NCBI GenBank assembly: GCA_964019335.1
Contig: OZ025687.1
Coordinates: 508,384 to 572,383, forward strand
Reading direction: 5' to 3'
Source of the DNA: Diplonema japonicum
Taxonomy: Eukaryota > Protista > Euglenozoa: Diplonemea
Length of the DNA: 64,000 nucleotides
Part shown: positions 22,009 to 34,800 of the stretch, one piece after another
Layout: every line of letters starts with the position of its first letter
Position numbering within the stretch: position 1 is the stretch's first letter
The notes under the pieces: generated by a model
Database searches by the model: none
The model's input: only the letters and a program-made list of their open reading frames with translations
What the model was told of the DNA's origin: nothing
Position numbers and translations under genes: made by a program

Positions 22009-22448
22009 GGCTGTTTTTTCGCAAAAAAAGAGAAAACAGAAAGAAAGAATAGCGAGTGGATGCAAATGTAAATCTTTTGGGTTGCACTTATCACACAACT
22101 TTTATGTGTTGCAACCAAACAATTTTTTTTTTTTAAATTTATTTTGTGAGGTAAACCTTTTTTTTTTTTTTTTTGTTTTGTTTTTGTGTTCTCGCTGCGT
22201 GCCTGTTCCCTACCCCCCCCTACCTTGCACATCCCCCTTCAAAAAAGAAAAAGGAAAGAAAACTACAAGAAGAGAGAAAAAAAAAGAAGAAGAAGAAAAC
22301 AAGTAGGGTACCAATCAGATAGCATTCAAAGAGAATGCAATGAAGCCCTTAGGTTAGTAGCTTTTTCTTCTGAGATAATCTTTTCAGTAACTCAGGGGAG
22401 GGGGGCAAAAATAAATAAAGCTGCTGAAAACATTGGTTATTGCCCTCC

Positions 22449-22484
<36 letters not shown>

Positions 22485-22620
22485 AGAATTGCGATACAAC
22501 CTGCTTCAAAAATAAAAAAAATAAAAAAAATAAAGTTAGGTTTTTTTCCCCCCCCCTTTTTTTTTTTTGGTTATTCCGTTTAACACGTACAAAAAAAAAA
22601 GAAAAAAAAAGGGAAATAGG

Positions 22621-22790
22621 CCACCAACACTTAATGACTCTTACCATTCACCTCGAGGTTCCGTTTTCTTTTGTTTCCCCCCCATTTTTTCTCCTCCCCC
22701 CCCCCCCCCCATCTTCTGAGCAAGGTCGGGTTAGCGACAGGCAAGTGGTTTTATTTTTTCGCACATCTGAAATTACTTCATCACGAAGGG
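22621..22790 (+). repeat. Degenerate copy of the left end of the element at 43931-44470, interrupted by a T/C tract
   Basis: Shared blocks taatgact-ttacc-tt-acctcgaggt and aagtggttttattt...tctgaaattacttca.cacga. Confidence 0.7.
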
Positions 22791-22850
22791 AAGGCAGACA
22801 AAAAAAAAAAGTCTACCATCGGTTCGTCACTGTGAACGGTTTGTTTCTTT

Positions 22851-22892
<42 letters not shown>

Positions 22893-23478
22893 CATGCTAA
22901 AGTAAGTTCACAGAAGAATCATAGGAAAAAACAGGCCATTACTGATGAACTTTCAGAAAGAAGTGCCATTTACTGAATAAAAAAAAAGAGAAAAAAAAAA
23001 GAAAAAAAAAAAAACATAACAGTCTGCAGTTGAGGCAGTTCGCACTGTGCATTTCCCCTTTCCCCACAAGTCTTGTATCCACTACTTTATGAAGCTCTTT
23101 TTCGATACAATTTTTTTTTCCCCCCTTTCTTCCAGCACCCTCTTACCATTTTCTTTATCTTTACCGGAAGACCAAACACAGGAAATGGAAGGTGGGGGGG
23201 AGAGAATGACGACGAGAATCTTTAACAGAAAAAAAGAAGAACAAATCGCTATAATCCTCTGTTCTTTCTCCCGGCATGAAACGGTGGGGGGGGGGGGGGG
23301 GGGGGAAGCCATGAAGTATTATTAATCTAATATCCACCTCTTCTTTTCTTTTTCTTTTTCTTTTTTCTTTCCCCCCTGTCCGCCTTTACACATTTCAACA
23401 CAGTCGTACACACACACACACACACGCATATCCTCCTGCTTTAAATTTTTTTTTCCGAAAAAAACTTTTTTTAACAAA

Positions 23479-23703
23479 ATGGTCCGTGATGGCAGTACCA
23501 ACAAGCGTCAAACAGGACGTGTGGGGAAGGACAAGGAAAAGACCGCTACAAGCAGCAAGCAGAGCAAACAAAAGCTATCGCTAGTGACAGCAGCACAGGA
23601 GCCGGAGTGCGAAGAACTGGAAGCTCCCTTGCAGGATTGGTGGGGCCGTGTCTCGTCAGAGTTTTCAGGAGGCCGGCCGTCCTGGGCTTGCATGCCTGCG
23701 TGA
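23479..23703 (+). CDS. Small hypothetical protein (74 aa)
   Basis: Coding-like island between homopolymers; ATG after acaaa; A-tract shortly after TGA; basic N-terminus and W-rich C-terminus. Confidence 0.45.
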   Translation: MVRDGSTNKRQTGRVGKDKEKTATSSKQSKQKLSLVTAAQEPECEELEAPLQDWWGRVSSEFSGGRPSWACMPA

Positions 23704-24607
23704 GAGGAAAAAAAAAAATTAAAGAGCGAAAACAAAACAACCTTAATATGCGCATGCTGATGATTCTGATGTTCCATAAGAGAAAAAAAAAGAAAAAAAA
23801 AAGAGAAAAAAAAACCTTTCTTCCTTCATCTCTCCCTCTAGTTATTTTTGTTTTATTTTTCTCCCCCCTCCTCTTCCCTCTCCTAGCAGTATGGAAAAAA
23901 AAGGGGGGGGGCAAATTAAAAAGAAAACCAGTGCTGGGGGAGGAGGTTTTCTTTTTTTTTTTTGTCCCCTCATATCTCTAAGCTGTCCAAATACCCTGTC
24001 CTGTTTGTACTTAAAACGTGTCTTTTTATTTTGCTGAATAAAAAAAAAAAAGAAAAAAAAAAAATGGCCGGAATGGACTCAAGATGGCTCCTTCAGTCAT
24101 CCCACCGTGCTGAAGGGTAAGAGAAAGAAGAGAGGAAAATAGAAAGTTTTAGCCTCACAACACGTTCAGTACACTTCGGGATATGAGGAGCTTTTTTTTT
24201 TTTTTTTCCCTTCTTGAAAGTAGTCTTTTTGCTTCTTTTTTTATTATTTCGTTTCTCCCCCTCTTTTCTTTTCCATCTACTCTTACCTGTTCACGCTCAC
24301 GATCCTTCAAGGGGAAAAATCGAAATGGTTAAAAGTTACAACACGAAAAGACCCCGGCCAAGGTATAGCCACCGAAGACTACCAAGGCACGCGTGTGCAT
24401 GTGATACTTTAGTTTTATTTAACGAGAGCCTGCATTTAAGGGAAGGCAATGGATTTATTCCTTTGGGTCCTTGGTGACATTGGCGAAGTGAAAAAAAAAA
24501 AGTTTAGAGTAGACTGCAAGATGCAAACCTTCATTTTTTTTTTTTTTTTTTTTTTTTTCCCGTGCACCGAGAACACAGCTCGAGTTACGTAAGAAGAAAA
24601 AAAAGAT

Positions 24608-24648
<41 letters not shown>

Positions 24649-25281
24649 AACCCGCCCGGAATTCCCTTTTATTAAAAAGGCGACTCCTAAGGCGTAAGGC
24701 TCCCAAAAAAAAAAGAAGACATGTTCCATAGTTCCCCCTTTCCCCGTTTTTTATCCCTCACCTTCTTCTCTCTGTCCCCCGCCTATTTATTTTTGTTTTA
24801 TTTAAAAAAAGGGGGAGGGAGGGAAATAATATAAAAAAAAAGGTAAAGGTGCGATTAAAAGCTGCACATTTAAAAAAATTAAACGTACCTTTTTTTTTTG
24901 CTTTAAAAAAAGATCTGAAGTTTTTTTTGTCCCCCCCTACCCTTAATGGTTGGCCTCATACATTAGCTGTACTGTGATAGCCCAAGTTCTCCCCCCCCCC
25001 CCCCCCCATTCTTCCCCTCCTTACAGATTGGTAGCACATTCTTTTTTGTTCATAAGTGCAGTGCGTACCATTGGATGGGCTGGATTTCGTCTTTTTTTTT
25101 ATTTATTCCTTCTAAGATCCCTTTCTCCCTTATTTTTTTTCCCATGTCCCCTGTTTTTTTTTTACCCCCCTTCCAAAATCTCTTTGCGAAAGACAACAAG
25201 AAGCACTTATTCCCCCACCCTCTCTTTTTTCTTCTCTTTTCTTCCCTCTTCTTTCTTACCCGACCCTCGCTGTTCCCCTTT

Positions 25282-26910
25282 ATGCTCCGCTGCGCCAGCA
25301 AGCACAGCACAGGGATGTCTGGGGGTGATCATGGTGCTGACTTGGTGTTCGTTGAAGACGAGCATTTTGATGACTTGAAAGGCGACTTCACGTCAGGTCT
25401 GCTCACGACACCTGACCTGCCGACCACAGCTGACTACATGACGACAGAGTCCTTCACAGCTGACACGAACGACAGCATGGACCACACCTTCTGCGGTATT
25501 ATGTTCAACGTGAGATGCAGGACTGACACACCGCCCATAGAGTTCATCCAGATCCAGGGCGTACGCGTGCGTGGGGACCTCGGCAGGGTCCGTGTCTACG
25601 TGAGGGAGCACGGCTATGCTGATGCGTTCCACAGCGACGACAAGTGGCTCAAGATGCACGACATGGTGCACAGCTCCAGCTTGGACCAGCTTGTCCTCAT
25701 GGAATTCTCTGAGCCAGTTGTGCTGTGCCCTGGCGATGTGTATGGTGTCTATGTGCACTCCTCGCTGCCCGGCGACACGGGCATTGTCTACGACAACCAG
25801 CGTGGGCACATCACGCTCAGCGACGGATATCTCGACGTGCTGCCGGGTGCGGCGCACCTCAACCCAGAGCCCTTCCGTAACATGTCCCCATGGGGCACTG
25901 AGGGCTGGCGCATGCACAGGCAGCTTGCAGGTGGCGTCAGCTACGGCGTGAGCTTCAGGCTCTGGACACCCATGACTCACAACGTCTTCCCTGGGAGCTT
26001 CAAAAGGTTCGCAGCCCTCTCCCTGTGGACCATGATGCGGGCAGGCCTTCCTACCGACATCGCGCTACACGTCCTCAACATGTGCAAGTTTAACTGGACC
26101 ACGCCCAACCAGGGCTCCTCCGTGCGCACAGTACGCTCAGGGCTGCAGCTCCTCACCCTGCGGCAGGACGGGACCTGGTCTGGACACCCGCAGAGAGAAT
26201 CTGTTGTGACAGTGAATTATGAGCACACTGACTCCGCTGACGAGACTCAAAATAAGACACTAGCAGGTGCTAGCTTCGAGATATTCGACCCCACAAGCCC
26301 CCTGCCGCATGTGTACCACGAAGCGGTGGAGGCCATGATGGAGGGGGAGAAGGCACTGGTCATCATCGAGGGGAGCAGGAAGTCCGCAAGGACGACTCTG
26401 CAGTTGGTGAAGGTAAGCACGCCAACAATAGATGTGGATGCCAGCATATGGACCAAGGTGCTGGAGGCGGAAAGAAGAAAGGACGCTGGCAACACGTTCT
26501 ACGCAGCAGGACACATCGAGTTCGCGCAGTTTAAGTACGAAAAAGGACTTGAGTTCTTCAGCGATGTGGGACCGCTGTCGCAGGATGAGATGAAGACTGT
26601 GCTGGCTGTCTTCGTACCTCTGCTGACGAACTCTGCGGCTTGTTCTCTGGAACTGAAGGACTACCACAGTGTGCTACGGCTGACATCGTCTGCCCTGCGC
26701 TACGATGCTGACAACATCAAGGCACTCACACGCCGGGCGAAGGCCTACTTCCATCTAGGCAACGCCGCCGCTGCCATCGTTGACATCGACAAAGGTCTCA
26801 GCCTCGACCCCGACAACACCGACCTCCAGACGCTCAAGACAGCCGCCACCGCTGAGGAGAAACGCAACGCCAACAGTTTAAAATCTCGCCTCCGCAATAT
26901 GTTTTCTTAA
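25282..26910 (+). CDS. Uncharacterised N-terminal beta-domain fused to a degenerate FKBP-like region and TPR repeats
   Basis: TPR carboxylate-clamp pattern KDAGNTFY...LLTNSAACSL...IKALTRRAKAY; EAVEAMMEGEKALV resembles FKBP; start 25282 or 25315. Confidence 0.75.
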   Translation: MLRCASKHSTGMSGGDHGADLVFVEDEHFDDLKGDFTSGLLTTPDLPTTADYMTTESFTADTNDSMDHTFCGIMFNVRCRTDTPPIEFIQIQGVRVRGDLGRVRVYVREHGYADAFHSDDKWLKMHDMVHSSSLDQLVLMEFSEPVVLCPGDVYGVYVHSSLPGDTGIVYDNQRGHITLSDGYLDVLPGAAHLNPEPFRNMSPWGTEGWRMHRQLAGGVSYGVSFRLWTPMTHNVFPGSFKRFAALSLWTMMRAGLPTDIALHVLNMCKFNWTTPNQGSSVRTVRSGLQLLTLRQDGTWSGHPQRESVVTVNYEHTDSADETQNKTLAGASFEIFDPTSPLPHVYHEAVEAMMEGEKALVIIEGSRKSARTTLQLVKVSTPTIDVDASIWTKVLEAERRKDAGNTFYAAGHIEFAQFKYEKGLEFFSDVGPLSQDEMKTVLAVFVPLLTNSAACSLELKDYHSVLRLTSSALRYDADNIKALTRRAKAYFHLGNAAAAIVDIDKGLSLDPDNTDLQTLKTAATAEEKRNANSLKSRLRNMFS

Positions 26911-26951
26911 TAATAGCTACACCTCTTGTGACAACCATTCAAAGGTACAGA

Positions 26952-27020
26952 GAGGCGCCGTGTGTTGTGGAGGCCACGCATGTTGAGGCACCGTGTGTTG
27001 TGAATGCCTCATGCATGTGG
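26952..27020 (+). repeat. Two-copy ~33-bp tandem duplication
   Basis: gaggcgccgtgtgttgtgg...gcatgt followed by gaggcaccgtgtgttgtga...gcatgt. Confidence 0.7.
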
Positions 27021-27135
27021 AGTTACACACAATGCAGTCCACACTTCCGGTCGCGTGTTGACCGACTCTTTAGTAAAGTGCTTCGCGTCCGAGTCTAGTT
27101 CAATACCACCACAGGGATACAAGCAATATAATAAC

Positions 27136-28047
27136 ATGAAAAGAGAGAGGGACTGGGACAGGGAAAGGGACAGAGACAGGGACAGGGACAGAGACAGAGG
27201 GCATGACTCTGGCAGGGGCAGATCAGACAAGCCCAGGCTGTTGAACCTGCCGTCGTACCCTGCCACAAAGAAGTGGCTGGTCAACGTGGGTGTGACACTG
27301 CGGCTCAACGAAAAGTCTGTCCTGGCGCTGATGGACGCGCACCCTGCTGACGTGTGCCTGGTGCTGCGCGACTTCTTTAAGGGTGAGGCTGAGGGGGACT
27401 GGCCGCTGCGCAATGCGCTTGTCGCAAGGAAGCTGAACCTCATCGAAAACAGGTGCGTCGGGTGTGGCAAGAAGAGCGGGCTGAAGAGGTGCTGCGGGAG
27501 CATTCAATACTGCTCTGAGACGTGTCAGAACAACGATTGGGATCTGCACAAGAAGGACTGCAATCGGGGGTCAGGGGACAAGCGGGGACCGGGAAGGGAC
27601 AGAGACAGGGACAGGGACAGGGGTGCAGATCGGGAACGGGAGAAAGGACCAGACAGGGATAAAGATAAGGAAAGAGAAAAGGATCAAAGACAGAGGCTGA
27701 CGACGAGAGTGGAGAAGAAAATCGAGAAGAGCAACGACACGAAAGAAGAAGGGCCGAAGAAGGCCCTCCCGCCAGCACGCCCACCACGCATCACACACAC
27801 ACCGCAATTCACCTCCAGACTGTCTTTCCTGGAGGAGGCCGATGCAAGTGTGAACGCTGCCGTGAAAGAAATAGAGGAACAAGAAGCTAAAGCCAAAGAG
27901 GAGGGGGAGAATGGCACTAACACTACCACCCAACCTGAACCTGAACCTGAACCTGAAGCAGAAACAGCACAGGAAGCAGAGGCCGCATCTCCTGAAAACT
28001 CGGACGCCAGCGAGTCAAGTGAAGAGGATTTCCTTGCTGAGGAATGA
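27136..28047 (+). CDS. RD/RE-repeat protein with MYND-type zinc finger
   Basis: CVGCGK....KRCC..IQYCSETCQNNDWDLHKKDC; two Arg-Asp dipeptide tracts; acidic tail. Confidence 0.8.
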   Translation: MKRERDWDRERDRDRDRDRDRGHDSGRGRSDKPRLLNLPSYPATKKWLVNVGVTLRLNEKSVLALMDAHPADVCLVLRDFFKGEAEGDWPLRNALVARKLNLIENRCVGCGKKSGLKRCCGSIQYCSETCQNNDWDLHKKDCNRGSGDKRGPGRDRDRDRDRGADREREKGPDRDKDKEREKDQRQRLTTRVEKKIEKSNDTKEEGPKKALPPARPPRITHTPQFTSRLSFLEEADASVNAAVKEIEEQEAKAKEEGENGTNTTTQPEPEPEPEAETAQEAEAASPENSDASESSEEDFLAEE

Positions 28048-28315
28048 GCAGATTCTTGGGACAACAAAAAAAGTAATACATCCTACTAATAACATAAGTA
28101 ACAAAGTGAGTGTTTTTTTAAATTCTCCCCTCCTCCTCCCCCCCCCCCCCCCCCCCCCGCACCCTCCCGTTCTTTAGTTCTCCTAAAAAAAAAGCGAGCA
28201 AGAAAGAAGGGGGGGGGGAAAGAAAACGGGAGAGAAAAAAAAAGTGTGTCATTTTTTTGTTTCCCCGCCTGTCCCCCACCGCAAAAAAAAAAAAAAAAAA
28301 AAAAAAAAAGTCACC

Positions 28316-28846
28316 ATGACGAACGCATGGAAAATGGAGCAGCACTCAGCAGACAGCCTGATCAAAGCAAGGCGGTTGATGCGGGGATCTGAGTATTTTG
28401 CTAAGATGGCGGACAGGATGTGGGAGAGGTCTGAGAAGATACTCTCGGAGGGCTGCCCGCGCGAGAGGAAGAAGGGTGTGTGCTATGGGTGCGGTAGGAG
28501 GGGGCATCATTACTCTGAATGCCTCTTTGTGCTGGTGAAATCAGATGTTTGCTTCACATGTGGAACCCCGGGACACAAGGCACATAGCTGCCCCCAGAAT
28601 CGGCGTAGGGTAGTCCAGAAGCCACTTACTCCCACAAAAGACGCGAGATCACCACTGCCACCACCGCCACCGCCACCACAAGCAGAGCAACAACAGCATC
28701 AACATGTGCCTGTTATGTCTGCAAGCACATCTCCCCGTACGTCCCCGCCTTCTTCCCCTCATACATCATCCGCCTCCAACAGTGACTATGAGCTGGTCAG
28801 CAAGCTTTCTTCAGCCCACTCCAGCTTCGAACAAGTTGATTGGTGA
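28316..28846 (+). CDS. Double CCHC zinc-knuckle protein
   Basis: CYGCGRRGHHYSEC and CFTCGTPGHKAHSC; Pro/Ser-rich tail; ATG after A-tract. Confidence 0.8.
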   Translation: MTNAWKMEQHSADSLIKARRLMRGSEYFAKMADRMWERSEKILSEGCPRERKKGVCYGCGRRGHHYSECLFVLVKSDVCFTCGTPGHKAHSCPQNRRRVVQKPLTPTKDARSPLPPPPPPPQAEQQQHQHVPVMSASTSPRTSPPSSPHTSSASNSDYELVSKLSSAHSSFEQVDW

Positions 28847-29418
28847 AACATTTTTTTTTTTTATTTTTTACAATAATAATGGTACCGTAAAAGTTTTTAA
28901 CCCTCCTTTTTTTTTTTTTTTTTTTTTTCCCATTAATTTTTTTAAAAAAAAAAAAGTTGCAAAACTTACGTTCTGCTTGTGAACAGGGGCCGCTTCAGTG
29001 TCGGGAGGTATCGATCCGACGCCTTGTTGGCCCACACCATAGATGCCCCCACATATGTGGTGGGGGAGGGAGGTCTCAAACACCTGTGAAATGTTTTTTT
29101 ATGAACGAGGAGTTTTTTTTTTTCCGGAGGACCCTTCTTTTCTTTATTTCTCTTTATTTTCTTGCCTTTTTTTGTTATCTTGCCCTGTTTTTTCTTTTGT
29201 TTTTTCTTGCCGTTTTCATCCCCCCTTTTTTTTTTCTCTTTTAAACTTGGATTCTTCCTTTGTCCCTTGTAAGGTATAAGAAAGAGCAACAGAAAAAAAA
29301 AAAATGAATTGGGGCGAAAGAAAGAAAAATAATAAATGAAAAAAAAAAAAAAAAAAGAAAATAGTACAGAGAGTGAATGGGTGAGCGAGTGAGTAAGATG
29401 TGCGGAAAAATTACGTGT

Positions 29419-29657
29419 TTCGGACTTTCTGTAATTTGAAGCCTGGCATTTCTTGGAACGTAAACCATTTACAGAAAGCTATTTGGTGCATAAAACTGTA
29501 AAAGTACTTGGAAAAAAACTTAAGTTGGCCGGGTTCAGAGTTGCTGCTGCTGTTACAGGTGGCCAGACAGCAGTGGTTGTAACCACTTGAACACATATCT
29601 GCGAAAAGTCAGAATTTCCCTATTTGAGAAAATAACGGCTTCAAATTAGAGTCCGAA
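29419..29657. mobile_element. MITE-like element (~240 bp) with terminal inverted repeats
   Basis: 29419-29443 ttcggactttctgtaatttgaagcc versus reverse complement of 29637-29657 ttcggactctaatttgaagcc; non-coding interior. Confidence 0.6.
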
Positions 29658-30421
29658 TGGGTAAGAAAGAAAAAAAAGAAAAAAAGCCTTAGAGAGTAGG
29701 TAGTTGTCATATTGTCAGTATATGCAGTCACACCCACCTTATTTCTTTTTGATGTTCCTCCTTCCCTCCCCCCGCATCCCCCCCCCTCTTTTTTATCCGC
29801 TGAAGAATAAAGAATAACAGAAAAAAAAAAAAAAAAAGAAAACTAACAATACCCACACTTTAGGGGAAAACTCCCTGCTTCCCGCACAGTGATCTTGTTC
29901 GATATATTTCCTTCTTTTTTTTTTTTTTTTTTCACTGTCCTATCCCCCCTCCCTCTCATGTTTTAAGAAACAAGAAACAAGATAATTATAAGAAATATTT
30001 TTTATTTTTATTTATTCTCCTTTTGATTTTGGATTTAATTCTCCCCACCCTTTGTTTGATCCCCCCCCCCTTATTTCTTTTATTTTCCCCCTTTAAAAAA
30101 AATTATGTTAACAATAGGCATAGGCAGAATGTAATTGCTAAAGCTCTTGTATAAGTCCAGAGCCCACCTTGCGTACAGTTGATTTGCAGCTTGCATTTTT
30201 TTCCCTTTTTTTTTTCTTCTTCTTTTCTTTTCTTATGTTGTGTTTATTTTCCTGTGTGTTTTCCCCTCCTTTTCTTAGATAGTTTTTTTCCCAATAGAAT
30301 TGAGGTTTTTTTTTTTTTTTTTTTTTTTTTTTCTTTTTTCTTTTTTTTTTCTTTTTCTTTTTTTTGGTGAGCCATTTTCCAGTGAATCTTTTCTTTTCCC
30401 TTTTACTTGCCTCTATCCGTA

Positions 30422-30455
<34 letters not shown>

Positions 30456-31827
30456 AGCATGCATTTCTAAGTACTCGACCTCTAGTTCACTACTTCAGCC
30501 AGTCTTTTGGCCTGAAGGTCCGGAATGTAGTTTGTTAGTTCCTGGTTAACGGTTTGGCACTTGGCATTGCATTGCTTCCTCAGAAAAAGAAGGGGGTAAA
30601 AAAAAATAGTAAATATATAAAAAAAAAAAAATACTTTTACTCGTTTCAGTTTTTTTTCGTTTACATCGCACCTAGTATATATATAAAAAAAAAAATATTT
30701 TCCACTTTTATTAGTTTTTACATTACGGAAAAGTTCAAAAAAAAATTTTTTTTTTTTTAGTTGGATGGTCGTTGGCTAACATAACAAAAGTGGCCGCCCA
30801 CGGTAAGAAAGAAAAGAAGAAGAAAAAAAAAAAGGAAGGGGAAGAAAAAGGAAGAAAAAAAAAAATGAAAAAAGAAAAACGTTGTACCTGAGTAGCACTT
30901 AAATGGGTGCGAAGGGCGCATGTTGCCTTTATTTTCGGTTTTTTTTTTTTTTTTGAGAAAATGTAGGTTTTGTTTTTCTTTTTTTGAGTTGAAAGTCGTG
31001 AGGCGATCCTGCCAGGTTCCCTTCAAAGACACCTTTTTCTTCTTTTCCCCTTGGTTCTCAGCGAATGTATTTATCTATTCCCCTGTTGCTATGATTTTTT
31101 TTTTTTTGTGTCCTTCCCTCAGCGTAGAATATTTTTAAAAGGAAAAATAGAGGGGTAAGAAAAAAAATGTTTCATTTTTTTATTCTCCCCTTTTTCCGTT
31201 CTTCCTCCCCTTTCCACCTTTTCTTCTGTTGTATTAGAAAACTTCCCCTAAAACAAAAAAAAGGATAATAAAAAATTGAGGGAATTTGTTGATAACTTAA
31301 TGTAAGAACCCTTTTTACCCCCGCCCCAATACTTTCTTAGTAAAAAGAAGAAAAAAAAAAGAAGACGAATAAAAAAATTAAAAAAAAAACATTACACAAT
31401 ATTTGTACTACCGCCAATGAGACAGGAGAAAAAAATTGTTTCCCCCCCTCCCTTTTTTTTGCCGGTTGAAAAAAAAAATGAACTTCCTTTTTTTCTTCTC
31501 TTGGGGTTTCCACTTACACCTCTTTTTTTAATAAAAAAAAGAGAAAAAAAAACAGATTTTTATTCTGGCAAGAGGACACTCCACGCTACCACTGGATGAC
31601 CTTGGTTTCCCTCCGCCCCCTTTTTTTTTATTACCCCCCTTTTTTTCCTTTCTCTTTCGTCCCCCCCCTCTTTTTTTTTCTTTTCACTCTTCTTTCCTCA
31701 CATATTAGTTTCTTTATCTTACCCGACGGGTTTGCGCATTTAGCTCATTGCAGCCTGGAGCAAGTCGCATTTTACTGAAGAGGGCAAAGAGAGCAAAGAG
31801 CATTATTAGTTCACAGTACACAATGCC

Positions 31828-34800
31828 ATGCAAGATGTCTCCAACACAGGACTACAGCACAGCGGGGTGCTAGGCGAAGCTAAGGAGAAATGGGTGTTAG
31901 AACTACCGATGCGGGTAGAGGGTTTGGAGCTCCTGCTGGACAAGAGTGCTAAGAAGGAAGAAAATGCGGAAGAGGAAGAAGAGGAGGCGTGTGAGTGGAG
32001 CAGTTCTACGTCAGAGTCGTGCAGCGCAGTGTCTGAAGGGGAACCGCCTCCCGTTACCACCTTCGGAGTGGGCGACTCAGTGGATTGGCGCAGTCCCTGC
32101 GGCAAGTGGGTAGGAGGGCGTGTGCTCTCCATCCTGCACAATGGTGTCCTTGACATACTCGCAGACGGTGTGAAGCATCGCACCTTTGTCAACTGCGTGC
32201 AGCACCCCATCAGTCTCAGCTACACCCAGCAAGGTCCCGTTCCTCCTAAAATCCCGGCACCCCGTGTCCGGCCTACCCCGCCCCCTTGGAACAAACCCGT
32301 CGACTGGACACACAAAGTCGCCGCACGGCAGCATGCCATCGAAATGCGGAAAGCCGCAGTTGTCGCTGACATCGAAGCCCGCTACCTCGCCAGGCAGAAG
32401 CGTGCCGGAAGGAACCGACATGTCCCCACCGCACGTGATCAACACGCGCAGCGTGGTCATAAGTGGCTTGGTGTTGCCGTGCTTGCCTCCCGCACCCTGC
32501 TTTTCTACAACCAAACTGCACAGCAGCTGGCCGCACGGCGGTTGCAACACCTCCTCATACCCCTCATCAGAAAGGTCATTTACCGCAGGAAGTTGCAGTG
32601 CCCTCCGCAGCACGAGCCGTTCGTCACGACAGTGCTCAGCAGGTATTTAACTGGCTGGCCGCACAACAAAGTGGTGTCCATCGTTAGACGTGCTACTATG
32701 TTGGAGCTTAGCAAGAAAGGTGCTGCCATCCTACGACGGGGCGACTGGGTGACAGGATGCTTTGTGTGCATCCAGGGTAGTTTTACACCCTGCCTGAACG
32801 ATGAGGAGGTGGTTGCGCACACTGCTCTCATACGAGTGGAGCAGGCACCTGAGACCGTGTGCACTACGGAGGAAGACTGCCTCTTCTGCATAGTACCTAG
32901 GTACCTGATCGAAAGGGAGGTGAGGGGCAATGCTTCTTTAGAGAAGTGGTTGGCCGCACGTGTACTAGAGCAGCGCGTGGCTTATGCCAAGGAGCACAGA
33001 AAGCTCACCGTCGCGCTCCTGCAGTCGTGTCCGTTTTTCTCCCACTGGACTCGGCCCAGCCTCGAAAAAGCAGTTGAGTGTGCAGTAGTGCAGCTATATG
33101 ACAAACATGAGGAAGTTGCCATCGAGAGGGAAGTTGTCCTCAATGTGCATGTCATTGCCGAGGGACGTGGAATGCTCGTGAGGAGGGGTGCGTACAAAGG
33201 AATGGAGTCATGCGCACTGAGAGCACGGACGAACGTGAAATGGGACCCATCAAGGATGGAGAAACCATGGATTGTGCCTGACGAGGAGACAGCCAAATGC
33301 GGGGAGCAGAATTTTGTGATAGGTCACGTACTGGGGCAGGCACCGGGGTCTCACGATCACTACGAGCTAGAAGACGGGAGATACTTGGCAGGAAACTTGG
33401 AAGCTGGAAGTATAGTGGGCCTAGACTGTGTCGCGGGGATGCTCAGCGACGAGAGCTTCATCACGTCCACAAGTGTCACGTTGTGGGCAGTTCCTTTGGC
33501 ACGGCTTCTCAGCAGCACACCTGAGCAGGACATGGCGGTCCTGTACCGGTGGAAGGCAGTCCGTGCTGCGGGCATCATCACCACATCGCCCATCACACCA
33601 TCCCACCTTCTCCGAATGACCATTTTCAGGAAACTAGATTCGTCTGTCAAAAAGCAACTCCTCCCTCTATTGTGGGAGCTCACGACGCTGCTGCGGCTGT
33701 CGTACCACGCACCTGGTGTCGTCTTCGAGGACACCACTGCATGCTTTGTTGGCTTCGCGTCGCGGGGAGTGTTGCAGTGCGCCGACAATACGATGGACCC
33801 TCTTGTCTACGGGCAGCCTTCGAAGTCCCTGTTCGCGTTGACCACCTTCGACCCCTACCATGCTTCTGCTACATTCACCGTTAAAACACGCACTTTTCTA
33901 TGCCTGTGGACCCTGAGCAGCAAGGAGCTGTCCGACTGTATTATCAACTCTCCCTTTGCAGACTTGGTGCTCCCCTGCGACACCCTCCCCAGGTGGGTGA
34001 CAGACGCTGTCACGTGTGACGACTTGGGTGCACCAACGGGTGTTGTTGCAAACGCACATGAAGACGAGATGCTGGTGAGCAAACCTCCTGTGTTGCCAAA
34101 GTCGCACCGCTTGATGAGGTTAGCGGCAGCAGAGGCGGAATGCGAAACAAAGCTGCAAGTTCTGAGGTTGATACGTGCAGAGCAGGGGTCGTTTTATCAA
34201 AAGAAACGACAGGAATTATGGTGCAGACTTCGGACCGCACGCCAAGACGTGTCAAAGCTGCGGGCGAAGGGTATCTCGCACCTGGTGTGGTCACATGAGG
34301 GTGACGAGACGGAGGACTCTGTCGCTGGATCACCCCATTCACAGAAACATACATCCCCCATAACGTTCGGCCGGTCGGGCAAGGCGTCACCGAAGGCGGT
34401 CTCCAAATTTTCTGCCGAATTTGTTGGTGCTAACTTCGGTACGAACATATGCTCTTCATTCCCGGCGGAGAATTTTGAACGCGTAACATTTACACTGAGC
34501 AACCCCCCTGTCCCCAGGCCCCCTCCGGACAGTCCCGATAGTGCCGTGTATACAAGCAAGCCGCCTAAACCTGTGGCAGAGACTCAGAACATTCCGCGCG
34601 CTGCCTCAACAACGGGTCACAAGCAGGCAAGATTTGCCACTCTCAAGCTCAAGGAGCACAGCCGCTACATGACAGGAGTAGAGCGCAAGCAACAGGAGTT
34701 CGTGCAAAGTACTGCCGCCAGCATTGATGCAGTCCGACAGACTCATGTGCCGCTCAAGACCACTTTTGCTGATATCGTTAGCAAGTGGGAAATAATAGAG

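Noticed and set aside
22943-22976. TGATGA...CTGA as a C/D snoRNA
   Set aside because: Boxes only about 25 nt apart, no terminal stem, no recognisable rRNA guide
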